This document shows positions 9,733 to 22,351 of a DNA stretch of 41,254 nucleotides, piece by piece. Under the pieces are notes generated by a model. The model did no database searches. It was not told the DNA's origin and saw only the letters and a program-made list of their open reading frames with translations. Positions within the stretch are counted from its first letter, which is position 1. Each line of letters begins with the position of its first letter. The stretch covers positions 1-41,254 of the forward strand of contig NW_021835315.1 of assembly GCF_006345805.1 (NCBI RefSeq), given 5' to 3'. The DNA is from Octopus sinensis. Its lineage: Eukaryota. A program made the position numbers and the translations under genes.

Positions 9733-9897
9733 TGTAGGAATGGCTGTGTGGTAAGTAGCTTGCTTACCAACCACATGTTTCCAGGCTTAGTCCCACTGCG
9801 TGGCACCTTGGGCAAGTGTCTTCTACTATAGCCTCGGGCCGACCAAAGCCTTGTGAGTGGATTTGGTAGACAGAAACTGAAAGAAGCCTGTCATATA

Positions 9898-9986
<89 letters not shown>

Positions 9987-10199
9987 ATGTTTGTGTGTCT
10001 GTGTTTGTTCCCCCAACATCAATTGAAACTGATGCTGGTGTGTTTACATCCCCATAACCTAGCAGTTCAGCAAAAAGAGAATGATAGAATAAGTACTAGG
10101 CTTACAAAGAATAAGTCCTGAGGTCGATTTGCTCGACTAAAGGTGGTGCTCCAGCATGGCCACAGTTAAATGACTGAAACAAGTAAAAGAATAAAAGTA
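9733..10199 (+). mobile_element. tRNA-derived CORE-like SINE (family A), full length with internal (TA)n(TG)n
   Basis: A-box-like tggctgtgtgg, B-box-like region, CORE-like caccttgggcaagt, central microsatellite and tail ending gactgaaacaagtaaaaga. Many paralogues occur in the window. Confidence 0.85.
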
Positions 10200-10547
10200 T
10201 ATGAAATGTCTAGTGTTACAAGTAACTTCAATAAAAAGTTCTGAAATCCAACTATGACTTTATGGCCGCCACATATTTTATTTTCTTTGCTATTTCCACC
10301 CCAACCATTTTTTCTCCATGCCTCCTTATTAGTAGGTGATAAAAAAAATGTTCTGTATAACAGGGACTAGGTCAGAGGAAAAGCATGTTGAAAGCTAATT
10401 GTGGGAAAAGCTATTGAGCATGAAAGAATGTTAAATAGAAAGGATTATTTTAAAAGGAAGAGAGGAATGTAAAAGCTGGGATTGTTTTGAGAATATAATT
10501 CTTACAACAATCTATATTTTTAACCCTTCTTATTAGAAACCAATATA

Positions 10548-10758
10548 TTGGGTTGTCTGGAAAGTTTGTGCCGATTTTTAAAGGAAAGAAAAAGGTCAAA
10601 TACTCGCCATTACATTTTTAATCAACCAAATATAAACCATTTTGTTGCACAATCTTTCCTTTAACTTGAAAATACCCTCTTCCCAGAATTGAGGTGCCTG
10701 GGAGGGTAAGTTGAATGGTAAGCTACTATAAATTGGCATGAACTTTCTGGCAACCCAA
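10548..10758. mobile_element. Mariner-derived MITE
   Basis: TA|TTGGGTTGTCTGGAAAGTTTGTGCCGATTT ... AAATTGGCATGAACTTTCTGGCAACCCAA|TA: imperfect TIRs with TA TSD. Confidence 0.8.
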
Positions 10759-10782
10759 TATTTAACTTGTTAAACTTTTTCT

Positions 10783-10990
10783 AACAGTGGCCACAGACAT
10801 GGTTGTGTGGTAAGAAGTTTGCTTCATAACCACACAGTTCCAGGTTCAGTCCTACTACATACCACCTTGGGCAGGTGCTTTTTACTGTAGCCTCAGGCCT
10901 TGTGTGAGAAGTTGCGGGGACATAAACACACCAGTATCGGTTGTCAGGCGATGTTGGTGGGACAAACATATACACACATACATAAATATA
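10783..10990 (+). mobile_element. Family A SINE, partial
   Basis: Head and CORE-like segment match 9733-9890. Confidence 0.75.
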
Positions 10991-11308
10991 AAAATGGAAC
11001 AAAAATGCAATAGAGGGCATTAAAACATTTAGACAGATAGACGATAGAAAGGTGGACAAGAGAAACAATTAGGACAGGCAAAAGAAAGACGGGTCATTCG
11101 TTGCTTTCTTTCATCAATCAAGTCCCAGAAGTCACAACCATTTCAGGCAGTTACACTTGAGATGGTTCGATCTGGTTTGTCCCCCAACAAGTCTAAGCTA
11201 AGAGCATATGCCCATTATAAACACACACACACACGCACACACACACACGCACACACACATACACACACAAAGCACACATACATATACCCACACACTATAT
11301 ATGCATAG

Positions 11309-11341
<33 letters not shown>

Positions 11342-11342
11342 C

Positions 11343-11743
11343 ATCTAATTTCTCCTCTATTAACTCTGCCCGACCAAGTCTCGCTCTATCATCCTTTTTC
11401 AACCCTCGCGTATTTGTCTATCGATCTCCGCCATCTTTGAAGCCTGTTCCCTTAATACACTTCCGCCTTGTCCAAAAATTCCTTTCCGGTCAATTTCTTT
11501 ACTTAAGGCAACAACATGTGCTCTCTCATTCATTCACCTAGCGGCTATAATCTCGAGCACAGCTAAGTTTGAATGCTTATTTTATTTTTATTTATTTTCA
11601 CTTCACTTCACTTCTCGACCAATCATACATGTTTTCCTATCTGTTGTTATTTATCTATCTAACTATTGTATCTAATTTCTCCTCTATTAACTCTGCCCGA
11701 CCAAGTCTCGCTCTATCATCCTTTTTCAACCTTCGCGCGTATT
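11343..11743. repeat. About 72-bp near-perfect direct repeat, 327-bp period
   Basis: atctaatttctcctctattaactctgcccgaccaagtctcgctctatcatcctttttcaacc occurs at 11343 and 11670. Confidence 0.9.
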
Positions 11744-12007
11744 CGCGGTGCACCCACCCTGCCCACCCCCACCACCGATACCGGATATCTCTATATTTTT
11801 GCTCCATCTATACTGGATGTTGTTTCTCCCACCACCATTATAGGTGTCTACTCTTCAAACCCCCCTCCTCAATACGCTACTTCACCATGCATTACCCTCT
11901 TGATATCCTACGTTCTACTTGCCTAAGAACCTGTCATCATTCCTCTGAACCACCCCTCCCCACTGGTGCTCCCCTATATTTCTGCCCCCCCCCACATAAA
12001 AAAAAAA

Positions 12008-12241
12008 GCACCATCCGAACGTGGCCGATGCCAGACCCCTCTGGCACCTGTGCAGGTGGCACGTAAAAAACACCCACTACACTCACGGAGTGGTTGGCGT
12101 TAGGAAGGGCATCCAGCTGTAGAAACACTGCCAGACTAGACTGGAGCCTGGGGCAGTCCCTAGCTCCCCAGACCCCGGTCGAAACCGTCCAACCCGTGCT
12201 AGCGCGGAAAATGGACGTTAAACGATGATGATGATGATGAT
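12008..12241 (+). mobile_element. RTE-tail-like short repeat (family C) with (GAT)n tail, young copy
   Basis: ggcacgtaaaaa.cacc...taggaagggcatccagctgtagaaac...ccgtccaacccgtgctagc...gacgttaaacgatgatgatg. Paralogues at about 8560, 17870, 18270, 18486, 33439(-), 35450(-), 38850 and 40010. Confidence 0.75.
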
Positions 12242-12902
12242 ACATGCACACTATAAATGATTCATATACACACGCACACATTTTCATATACCTGAGAAAT
12301 TTGAGTTTCCAGCCTAAATATAATAAACAAGACACAAATAAAAAGATAAAAAAAAAGGGAGGAAAGCTTAAAAGCAACACACACACAAACTCTAAGGTAT
12401 TTTATATCTTGACACTATTTCTGCTCTTTGTGGGAGCACACTAATATTAATTACAATGATTGCTTTAGCTGGATCTCACCACTTAAAAACTCCACCTCTT
12501 CTAAATGTCTGCCCGTGTCTCTAAACAAAAAGTAGTTCAACTAAGTGTACAACTTCTTTCTGTCTTGTGTACTTTATTAGTACTTTTATTTTCTTCTGTG
12601 GTATTTATTAAGATAACTCTAGCATTGACTTTTAGCGTGTGTGTATGTGTGCGCGCGCGCGTGTGTGACATGTTGTTTAGTTCCAGGTCAAACTTGGTTG
12701 AGCAGACCTTTAAATCAGACATTCCAATGGTGACTGTTCAGTACATTTAATGTTTTTAACATATAAAATGACCATATTTGGCCCAAATATTCTACCTGTT
12801 TTATGATAAAACTTGTCAGATTTTGCCTCACACATTCATCCTACAATGTCATTCTAAAAATAAGCAGTCACATCATTGGAATCTCAAAGCTGCCAGATAA
12901 AG

Positions 12903-13192
12903 TAAGACTCCCTTTGGTCATAAATGACGGTGGGATTACATATAGAAAGTTCCCCTCCAAGGTACAAGTCTGAGTAAGGTTGTTTTGTGGGAGACCAGCA
13001 GTCACCCATGCATATCAGTCTCTCCTCTGCACACAACCAATGTTGTCCAAGAGAAATCCAAAGGCTGATGCAGCTTGGCTCCAGTGAGGATGTATTTCAT
13101 TTCTACAGCTGGAGCCACAGGAAATAAAGCCTGGTCTAGGAATCAAACTTACAACCTCACAACTGTAAACCTGACGCTCCAACCAGAGCCAT
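12903..13192 (-). mobile_element. tRNA-head SINE (family D), diverged
   Basis: Collinear with 35085-35402 (ggtcat.aatgac...agaaagttcccctcc...gaccagcag...ggctccagtga). Confidence 0.7.
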
Positions 13193-13254
13193 GTACCTTC
13201 ACATAAAGCTACAAGAAAATGCATGGTTAATTAAAAAAAAATGTGAATAGGTGT

Positions 13255-13405
13255 AATTAAGAAGCTTGCTTCCCAGCCGTATGGTTTTAGGTTCAATCCA
13301 GCTGCTTGACACCTTGGGCAAGTATCTTGTACTATAGTCCCAGGTCAACCAAAGCCTTGTGAATGGATTTGGTAGAGGGAAACTGAATGAAACTAGTTGT
13401 GTGTG
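13255..13405 (+). mobile_element. Family A SINE head, partial
   Basis: aagaagcttgcttccc...ggttcaatcc...caccttgggcaagt...caaagccttgtgaatggatttggtag. Confidence 0.75.
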
Positions 13406-13460
13406 TACACTTGCCCAAGATGCCATGCAATAAAGACTGAACTCAAAGCCAGGTCTTTAA

Positions 13461-13677
13461 TCCTCTAACATTCCTATTCTGTCCTATGTAATCCTTATTT
13501 ATCCATATTATTTTAAACTAATCATGCATTATCTCATAGCTTTTAGATTTCAATGATGTGATTATTTATTATTAGAATGACATTGTAAGGTTGGTGTGAA
13601 AGGCTGAATATGGCCAGCCCCAACATAAAACTGGTAAAATATTTGGGCTGAATATGGCCAGTTTAAATGATAAAGGG
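13461..13677. mobile_element. piggyBac-like MITE, diverged
   Basis: TTAA|TCCTCTAACATT ... AAATGATAAAGGG|TTAA. Partial relatives occur at about 14026 and 14495. Confidence 0.55.
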
Positions 13678-14130
13678 TTAACATAAAATTCCTTTTCACA
13701 CAGTTTCATCTACCAAATTTCCATCACAAGGGATTTTGATCAACCTTTGGCTATAATTATTTTCTTTCTCTTGTTCCAGTATGACCACCACCACCATTCA
13801 ATTTCCGTTTGCTATAATCATTTTCGCCCCTTCCTTTGGGGTAACGGACCCCTTTGATTCCTATTTTACTCAGGAGGACCCACATACTAATTCAATGTTT
13901 AAAAATTCCTTCTTTTTTTTCCCCCTAATTAAATATTATTAGGAATTGCATTTTTTATAATTATTATTAGGAATTGTATGAAAAAATTAACTTATTTTGT
14001 GCATTGTGGAAGGAAAACCAATTTATTTTCAGAATGACGTTGTGGGGTAGGTGTGAAAGGCCAGATCTGACTTGATTGAACATAACAGATCGAATATTTT
14101 GGCTGAATATGGCCAGTTTATATATATTAC

Positions 14131-14349
14131 TCTCTTTATTGCCCACAAGGGGCTAGACACAGAGGGGACAAACAAATGAATTAAGTCAATTATATTGACC
14201 CCAGTGCGTAACTGGTACTTATTTAATCGACCCCGAAAGTATGAAAGGCAAAATCGACCTTGGCGGAATTTGAACTCAGAACGTAGCGGCAGATGAAATA
14301 CTGCTAAGCATTTCGCCCGGCGTGCTAACGTTTCTGCCAGCTCACCACC
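14131..14349 (-). mobile_element. tRNA-derived SINE (family B, Meta-domain-like core)
   Basis: Minus strand: ggtggtgagctggcagaaacgttagc...gagttcaaattcc...gcctttcatactttcggggtcgattaaataagtaccag...gggcaataaaga. Confidence 0.82.
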
Positions 14350-15325
14350 CAAGGGTCAAGTTTTCATAGCTTGGTCCACCTAGCTTCAGGATATAACTAA
14401 CAAGTGCTCTTGAGATGTTTTTTCCTATGAAACTGGTTTTCCATACAGTATATCCATAGGTTTGTGACTCCAAGATATAATTATATAATTGATGTTTTCA
14501 GAATGATGTAGGGTAGATGTGAGAGGCTGGATCTGACCAGATTGAACATAAAGCAGATTGAATATTGGGACCGGATATGACTAGGGTAGACACTAAAGGC
14601 ACAATCTTTATAGCTCAGTCCACCATAACTTCAGGATGTAACATGTGTTCTAGAGATGTTTATTCTATGAAAATGATGTTCCATAATTGTGTATGTGAGA
14701 TAGAGAGAGGGAGAGAGAGAGAAGGAAAATACTTTGTTTCATAAGAAGCCAGCACTTGACATTAGCTTGCAAAAAAACACTATAAAGTTTAGTAAACAGT
14801 TTCTATTTTATACCATTTACATCCCAGATATTGGTAACCGAGAAAATGCTATCCTACTCAAACTAATTGTTTTGTTTTTTCTGGGGTTTTTTTATTTTAG
14901 TTTTTTTCTCTTTTAATTAGTGTCTACTTAGACACTTATGCATGAAATTGAAATTTTTGAGAGCAGTTGTGAATAAGAGTTCAAAGTATTTATTACTAAT
15001 TAATCATTTAACACCGACCATTGCGAAGTGGAAACTGTTGTCTTTCGGGCAAATGGAGGTCAACAGGGCAGAGGGAACCAAGGTCATGTGGGTGTGTGCA
15101 CAGGGAATAAACTAGAAAAACTCCAGCACATTGATATTTCAGGTCATTCATTATTGAAATGATGTTTTATTGTATAGATACCAGTATTTATCTTATTGTC
15201 CTTTGATGGAGGAACGGCAAACCTAACATTGGTAGGGTTTGAACTTGAAACATAAAGTAATCTAAAGGATAAAACTCCTTGAGCCTTATAGACTCATAAG
15301 ACTGGTATTCTGGTTTCTATGGTAT

Positions 15326-15721
15326 ACTCTTTTACTCTTTTACTTGTTTCAGTCATTTTGACTGTGGCCATGCTGGAGCACCGCCTTTAGTTGAGCAAAT
15401 CAACCCCAGGACTTATTCTTTATAAGCGTAGTACTTATTCTATCAGTCTCTTTTGCCGAACCACTAAGTTACGGGGATGTAAACACACCAGCATCGGTTG
15501 TCAAGCGATGTTGGGGGGACAAACACAGACACAGAAACACACATACATATATATATACATATATACAACAGGCTTCTTTCAGTTTCCATCTACCAAATCC
15601 ACTCACAAGGCTTTGGTCAGCCCAAGGCTATAGTAGAAGACACTTGCCCAAGGTGCCACACAGTGGGACTGAACCTGGAACCATGTGGTTGGTAAGCAAG
15701 CTACTTACCTCACAGCCACTC
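15326..15721 (-). mobile_element. Family A SINE, full length
   Basis: Reverse complement of the 9733 family, head to tail. Confidence 0.88.
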
Positions 15722-16167
15722 TTAAATATTTCCCCCTGAATGGGATGCTGGCTCATTGTAGGAAACCATGTGATCTGGCAATAATAGTAGCCATAGCAGA
15801 TGGTTCTTGTCTGTCAGCGATAGGAATTCAAGTGCATAAAAATGCACCAGGAGTCCATATGAGAGGTCCTTTCTAGGTAAACAGCGCATTATTCTATGTT
15901 CTCACCCAATCTTTGCATTAAGTTGGAAATTAAGATTACTATTTGGCATTAATGCTGATTCTGTCACTATTAATCATACATTGTCTTTGTTTCAAGTAAT
16001 TTTGAAAATAATGAAGAATTCACTAAAATATCTTTGTCATTATAAATTTGGTGTTTGAAACCTAAAATGGAATTAAAATGAAACTTTGGAAAGATTTTAA
16101 TTTAGATGACTTTAAAAATGAGAAATTTCAGTGTTTGGGCATTGTTTAACTCAAGGAGTTTTGTTAA

Positions 16168-16388
16168 CCCTTTCGTTACCGTATTTATTTTGAGATGCTC
16201 TGAGTTTCTTTCAATTATTTTAAATATAACAAAGAATTTAGTAAAATAACTTAGTTATCATTAAGCTAGTGTTAGGAACATAAATTGTGACTAATGTTTG
16301 GTAGAAAATTTTAATTCAAAACTTATGCAAACAAAACATTTGTACTACAGAGCCAGAGCTGGTATCAGCTAGGCTGGTAATGAAAGAG
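16168..16388. mobile_element. piggyBac-like MITE
   Basis: TTAA|CCCTTTCGTTACC ... GGTAATGAAAGAG|TTAA: 13-bp imperfect TIR with TTAA TSD. Confidence 0.8.
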
Positions 16389-18570
16389 TTAAACAGTAAT
16401 CATTGCTTGTGGGAGATATCCTGTTATTAACTGAATCCATTGTGAGGATTGTCATACCACTTTCTTTTGATTTAGAAAGATAAACAAATTTTCCTCTGAT
16501 TGCCATGCCAGAAGAGATTGCATAGTTGTCAGGTTGGTTAAATGTGTATTTATTGATCTGTATAATGTTTAGCTGCATGGTGTCTCATAATAAAACCAAC
16601 TCTGAATGTTGTTGAAATAGCTTTTATTTGTACAGAAGTATATCACAACATTTGCATAGTTACATGATGGTTTGTCAGCTGTGTTTTGTGGTGTGCTAGA
16701 AGCAAATGTATTTCATAGCTACAGTAACAGCTGAAAAGATTGACTTAGTACAAGAGTGGGAACAGTACTGTTTTTCATAGTCAATAATTTCTTTAATCCA
16801 GGCCTGAGCTGCAGCCAAGGAAACTTGCCTGTTTAAAAGGGCTTGTTGCCTGCACAACTGAAGTGTTCCTCCGGTGTGTTTGTGACTGAGATGAGGATAT
16901 TGTGTTCATGGTTCTTGTTTAGAGAAGTGTAGTGATGACAATCATCCTTTTAAACACAGGTCATGTAGGGGGCCAAGACTCTTGTGTTCATCTACCTGCT
17001 CTGGAATCTACTCAGACCCTGTGCTGATTCTCCCACATTGTTGCTTATATAACTCCTTCTGCATGGAAACATGATGGAACATTCTATAATATTAGATGAT
17101 ATTCCAAGTTGATTGGTTAATATGCAGGACACATTGCTTAACCTAAGCATGGTTTGGACCTAGTTACTAAAGTTGTAAACTTTTGACCCTAGCTCTCACA
17201 ACATGATGAACAAGGACTGAAGACACACCTTATTCTTCAACCAAGCCCCCATTAACATTTTCAAATTTCACACAGAAATGAAGGTTAGGACAGAAAAAGT
17301 GGTGCTGCTCTACATGAATTTACTGAGAGGTGAGTTACAGTAGTGAAAACAACCTGTGTAAATGGATCCATTTTGAACATGTTTCTCTAGACTGGAGAAT
17401 GTACTTGGGTACCTGCCTTTGATATAATAATTCTGGTTCTATAGGAAATTCTTTGCTTGGTCTTAGGTGATTATCCTGTTGTATTCTTTTACAGTAGGTG
17501 CAGTATGGTTGGATGGTTAAGAAGTTTGCTCCTCGATCATTGAGATCCTGGTTTCAATTCTACAGCGAGGTATCTTGGGCAAGTGTTATTTTCTTCAGTG
17601 TCATATTGACTTGTGCTATACAAGTGAAATGGATTTGACAGAAATAACATGGGAGCCCATACCCTCTGCATGGATAGTATGTGTAATTCAAAGGTCTTGC
17701 CTCATCTCACACTGTGTCATGCTGAATTCTGTCTAACTATTCAAGTCTGGAATACTCAGCCTCTTATGCCCTTATTCACTGAGCTTGCTTAGTTTAGTTG
17801 ATTGAACAACTGAATAATCATATTTTGGAAATTCCATGACCCATCAAGCCAAGTGAAACTGTAGTTGTAGCCAATACTGGTGTTGTGTAACTGGCATCTG
17901 TGCCAGTGGCACATAAAAACCACCCATTACACTCTGAGTTGTTGTGGCATTAGGAAGGGCATCCAGCCATAGAAATCATACCAAACCAGATTGAAACCTG
18001 GTGTACCCATATGGCTTACCAGTTTCAGTTAAACTGTCTCATCCATGCCAGTATGGAATGCAGACATTAAACAGTGATGATCAATTATTTAGTTTTTCTT
18101 ATGTTTTCATAATTGATGTATAGGCATAGCCATGTAGTTCTGTGCATGTATGTGTGTGTCTCCATATCACATAATAAAAAAGTGTCCCCACCATACAAGC
18201 AGTGTCTTACATTTCCAGTCCTCCATAAAAACATGTTCAAGCATGGAAAAGTATTATGTGGCTTGGAAACCAGTGAAGGTTGATGACAGGAAGGACATCC
18301 AGCTGTAGAAAATCTGCCTCCACAAGTTGAATCTAACCAATGCAAGCATGGAAAAGTTGAAGCTAAAATGATGATGATTCTTTCTAAATTTCACCATTTT
18401 TATTTGTTCTCGTAATGTCCCTTCATTTGTTGTCCTATCACCTTATTCTTTCTTAGAGGGATTAGAGAAGAAAAATATAATAGCATGCTGGTGCCATGTA
18501 AAAAGGCATCCATGCTAGCACCATGTGAAGAAGTACCCATGGCAGTACCATGTAAAGTGCTCTTGTGCCA

Positions 18571-18935
18571 GTGTCGCATAGAGAAAGTGCCTGTGCCAGT
18601 GTCGCATAGAGAAAGCACCTGTGCCAGTGTCGCGTAGAGAAAGCACCTGTGCTGGTGTCACATAGGGAAAGCATCTGTGCCAGTGTCACATAGAGAAAGC
18701 ACCTGTGCCAGTGTCACATAGAGAAAGCACCTGTGCCGGTGTCACATAGGGAAAGCGCCTGCACTGGTGTCACATAGGGAAAGCATCTGTACCAGTGTCG
18801 CATAGAGAAAGCACCTGTGCCAGTGTCGCTTAGGGAAAGCACCTGCACTGGTGTCATGTAGAGAAAGCACCTGCACCGGTGTCGCAAAGAGAAAGCACCT
18901 GAGGCACATTGAAGAAGCATCTGCGCTGGTGTCAT
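18571..18935. repeat. 28-bp minisatellite (about 13 copies) inside a family C repeat
   Basis: Unit is approximately GTGTCRCATAGAGAAAGCACCTGTGCCA, head to tail with no spacers. The host repeat spans about 18486-19097. Confidence 0.92.
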
Positions 18936-19402
18936 GTAAGGAGTATCCAGTATGCTTTGTAAAGTGATTGGTATTAGGAAGGACATTCAGCTGTAGAAAA
19001 CATAACTAAAACTTGGTGCAACCCACCAGCTTGCCAGTCCTGTCAAACTGTCCATCTGATGTTAGCATGGAAAACCAATGTTAAATGGTGATGATGAGAA
19101 TAAGTGGCAAGTGAAAAAACAAAATACTTAAAAAATAATTTTCTTTTTTTTTTTTAATACCATATTTTGTGAATGACAGCATCATTGGTTGCAGTTTTCC
19201 AGTTATTCCTTTCATTTACCATTTTGAGATATATCAAAAAAGCATTTCTGCAGTGACTGAGATGTAATGAATTTCATTGGATGCTTTTTGTTTGAAAGCA
19301 CTGGTTTATTGGTTTGCTTGCCTATCTTCAGTGTTTATCAATGTACATCAGCAAAACACATAATTGTGTGTGTGCATGCGCATACACACACACAAGCATG
19401 TA

Positions 19403-19620
19403 TGAGGTGGTGCTGAAAAGTTCCTGCCTTTTGGGTAAAAGAAAATACAAGAGGATCAGTTATTTTTGATTTTATTCAACATATTCCCCTCTCAGATTCA
19501 CATACTTATTGCAGTCGTCCTTTAGTTTTTCTAAGCCCTGTAAAAGAATTCAGAAGATTGGGCCTCTAACCAGGCCTTTCACAATACCCTTAAAGCCAGG
19601 AACATTTCAGCTTCCCCTCA
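19403..19620. mobile_element. Mariner-derived MITE
   Basis: TA|TGAGGTGGTGCTGAAAAGTTCCTG ... CAGGAACATTTCAGCTTCCCCTCA|TA. Confidence 0.78.
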
Positions 19621-20182
19621 TATATGTCTAGAGACAGTACAGTTTTTAGCAATGAAATGTTCACTCTCAAGGCCATAAATCAATCCAGATCATTAGTGAA
19701 AGAATTTTGCCAAGGGATTGAACTCAGAACCATATAGTCGCAAAGCTGACTTCTTAACCACACAGCCATACTTGCCCTCATCAAATCATGCATCATTCCT
19801 GCAATAACATGTTAAATCCACCACAGACCTTTCTGTAACTGCAGTTATCTCATTCATGGTATTTTATTTACAGTGAGCCTCTGAATAGCACAACCAGTCA
19901 TTGAACACTGACAAGGAATATCATAATAGGGATCTGTCTGTCATGTTGGTTTGCAGCCTCCGTCTTGCCAGTATCTGCCACTAAAGAGAGATAACCACTC
20001 TGAAATGCATGCATACAATGAATGGCCTGATTCAGGGACACTGTGGGCTGACTTAGTGTAATTACACCTTCCTGTCTACAGTGAGAAATTTTCTCCATGA
20101 CATAATACAGTGAATGGCTTTTAACAGGTTTGAATATGCTTGAAGCATATTTGAACTGGTAACAAGTTGGTAAAAAAAAAAT

Positions 20183-20556
20183 GGGTAGCTGTGTGGTAAG
20201 AAGCTTGCTTCCCAACCACATGGTTCCGGGTTCATTCTCACTGCATGGCACTTTGGGCAAGTGTTTTCTACTATAGCCTCGGGCTGACCAAAGCCTTGTG
20301 AGTGGATTTGGTAGATGGAGACTGAAAGAAGGCTGTCATATGTATGTATGTATGTATATGTTTGTGTGTCTGTGTTTGTCCCCCCACCATTGCTTGACAG
20401 CTGATGTTGGTGTGTTTATGTCACTGTAACTTAGTAGCTCGGCAGAAGGGACTGATAGAATAAGTGCTAGGCTTACAAAGAGTGTCCTGGAGTTGATTTG
20501 TTTGATTAAAGGCAATGCTCCAGTATGGCTGCAGTCAAATGACTGAAACCAGTAAC
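20183..20556 (+). mobile_element. Family A SINE, full length
   Basis: Head, CORE-like segment, microsatellite and tail are all present. Confidence 0.85.
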
Positions 20557-20586
20557 TACATATATATATATACACACACACACACT

Positions 20587-20640
<54 letters not shown>

Positions 20641-21449
20641 AATGTGCAGGCATGGCTGAATGGTAAGAAGTTTACTTCCAAAGTCACTGTATTCCATCTT
20701 GTGTATGCCATACACATGCACAGCCTTGAGCCAACAAAAACCTTGTGAATGGATTTCGTAGATGGAAACTGAAAGAAGCCTATTGTGTGTGTGTGTATGT
20801 ATGTATGTATGCCTTTCTCCCCCACTACTCCTTGACAACAAGTGTTGGTATGTTTACATTCTTTTAACTTAGTAATTTGGCAAGAGAGACTGACAGAATG
20901 TTGTAAGGCAATCTTTTGCCACTGTTGTATCTGTCTTTTGACAATGGTTGTTGCTCTGACAGCTTTGAACTTTTTGTGATGTAGTTGCTTATTTTTAGAA
21001 TGACATTGTAAGTTTAACTCAAAACAATATGAATAAATAAGCATTATATTTGACTGAGAAATTTAAATGTAATGGGTTAAGGTGGGATAATCTGGGCTGG
21101 AACCATGTGGTTGGTAAGCAAGCTACTTGCCACACAGCCACTCCTGTGCCTAATTGTTAAATAAAATTTCATCAAACTTTTTCTATCATTTATGACATTA
21201 TATACACACATATATACACGTGAGTCTCTGTGTGTCTGGGTTTCTCCCACTCCACTGCTGTTAGTTTGTTTATGTCCCCATAACTTGATGGTTTGGCATT
21301 AAGTTATGGGAATAGAATAAATACCAGGTTTTAAAAAAAATGTGTTGCTTAATTTGACTAAAACTCTTCAAGGTGGTGCCCCAGCCTGGCCACAGCCCAT
21401 TGAGTGAAATCAGTAAAAAGCAAAAGATAAGACCTCCCTCTCTTGTATA

Positions 21450-21850
21450 TTCTTTTCTTCTATTCTTTATTTTATTTGTTTCAGTCATTTGACCGTGGCC
21501 ATGCTGGAGCGCCGCCTTTAGTCAAGCAAATCAACCCCACGACTTATTCTATGTAAGCCTAGTACTTATTCTATCAGTCTCTCTTGCTGAATTGCTAAGT
21601 TACGGGGATGTAAACACACCAGCATCGGTTGTCAAGCAATGTTGGGTGGGGGTCAATCACAGACACACACACACATATATATTTATATATACACGACGGG
21701 CTTCTTTCAGTTTCCGTCTATCAAATCCACTCTCAAGGCTTTGGTCAGCCCAAGGCTATAATAGAAGACATTTGGCCAAGGTGCCACACAGTGGGACTGA
21801 ACCTGGAACCATGTGATTGGTAAGCAAGCTACTTACCACACAGCCACTCC
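21450..21850 (-). mobile_element. Family A SINE, full length
   Basis: Reverse-complement copy. Further partial copies follow at about 21880-22330. Confidence 0.87.
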
Positions 21851-22351
21851 TGTAGTTATATATTTTTAAAAATCTTTTCTGTGTTTGTCATTTGACTGTG
21901 GCCATGCTGGAGCCTTGAAGAATTTTGTTGAATGGATTGACTACAATACATATTTTTTGTAAAGTCTGGTACTTATTCTATTGGTCTCTTTTTTTGGACT
22001 GCTAAGTTACGGGGTTGTAAACACACCAGTGTCAGTTGTCAAGCTGTGGTGGGGACAAACTCAGACAAAAACACACACACACACTCTCATATAAACATAT
22101 ATATATATATCTCATTTCAGTCATTATTGTGGCCATGCTGGAGCACTGTCTTGAGTTTTTAGTTGAACAAATCAACCTTAGGTTTCACACACACACACAC
22201 ATGATGGTCTTTTTTTTTAAGTTTCCATCTATCAAATTCAATCTCAAGGCTTTGGTCAGTCTGCAGCTGTAATAAAAGATACTTGCCCAATATACCACGC
22301 AATGAGATGAACCCAGAACCATTTGGTTGGTGGTGGTGGTGGTGGGGTGGG

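Noticed and set aside
11060-11130. Minus-strand TTGATGA...GAAT...GTC resembling a decayed hammerhead
   Set aside because: Two core changes and no stem I pairing.
15685-15876. 63-aa ORF in partly unique sequence
   Set aside because: It starts inside a SINE, has no recognisable domain and lacks a consistent splice-frame solution.
16369-16578. 69-aa minus-strand ORF with protein-like composition
   Set aside because: No recognisable motif, and splice-like signals exist on both strands, so it cannot be assigned.
17217-17223. CTGAAGA motif (also 24487-24493, and CTGATGA at 39461-39467)
   Set aside because: No stem II, GAAA or NUH arrangement follows.
18571-18935. 28-bp repeats of CRISPR-like length
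   Set aside because: The units are head to tail with no unique spacers, there are no cas genes, and the context is eukaryotic.
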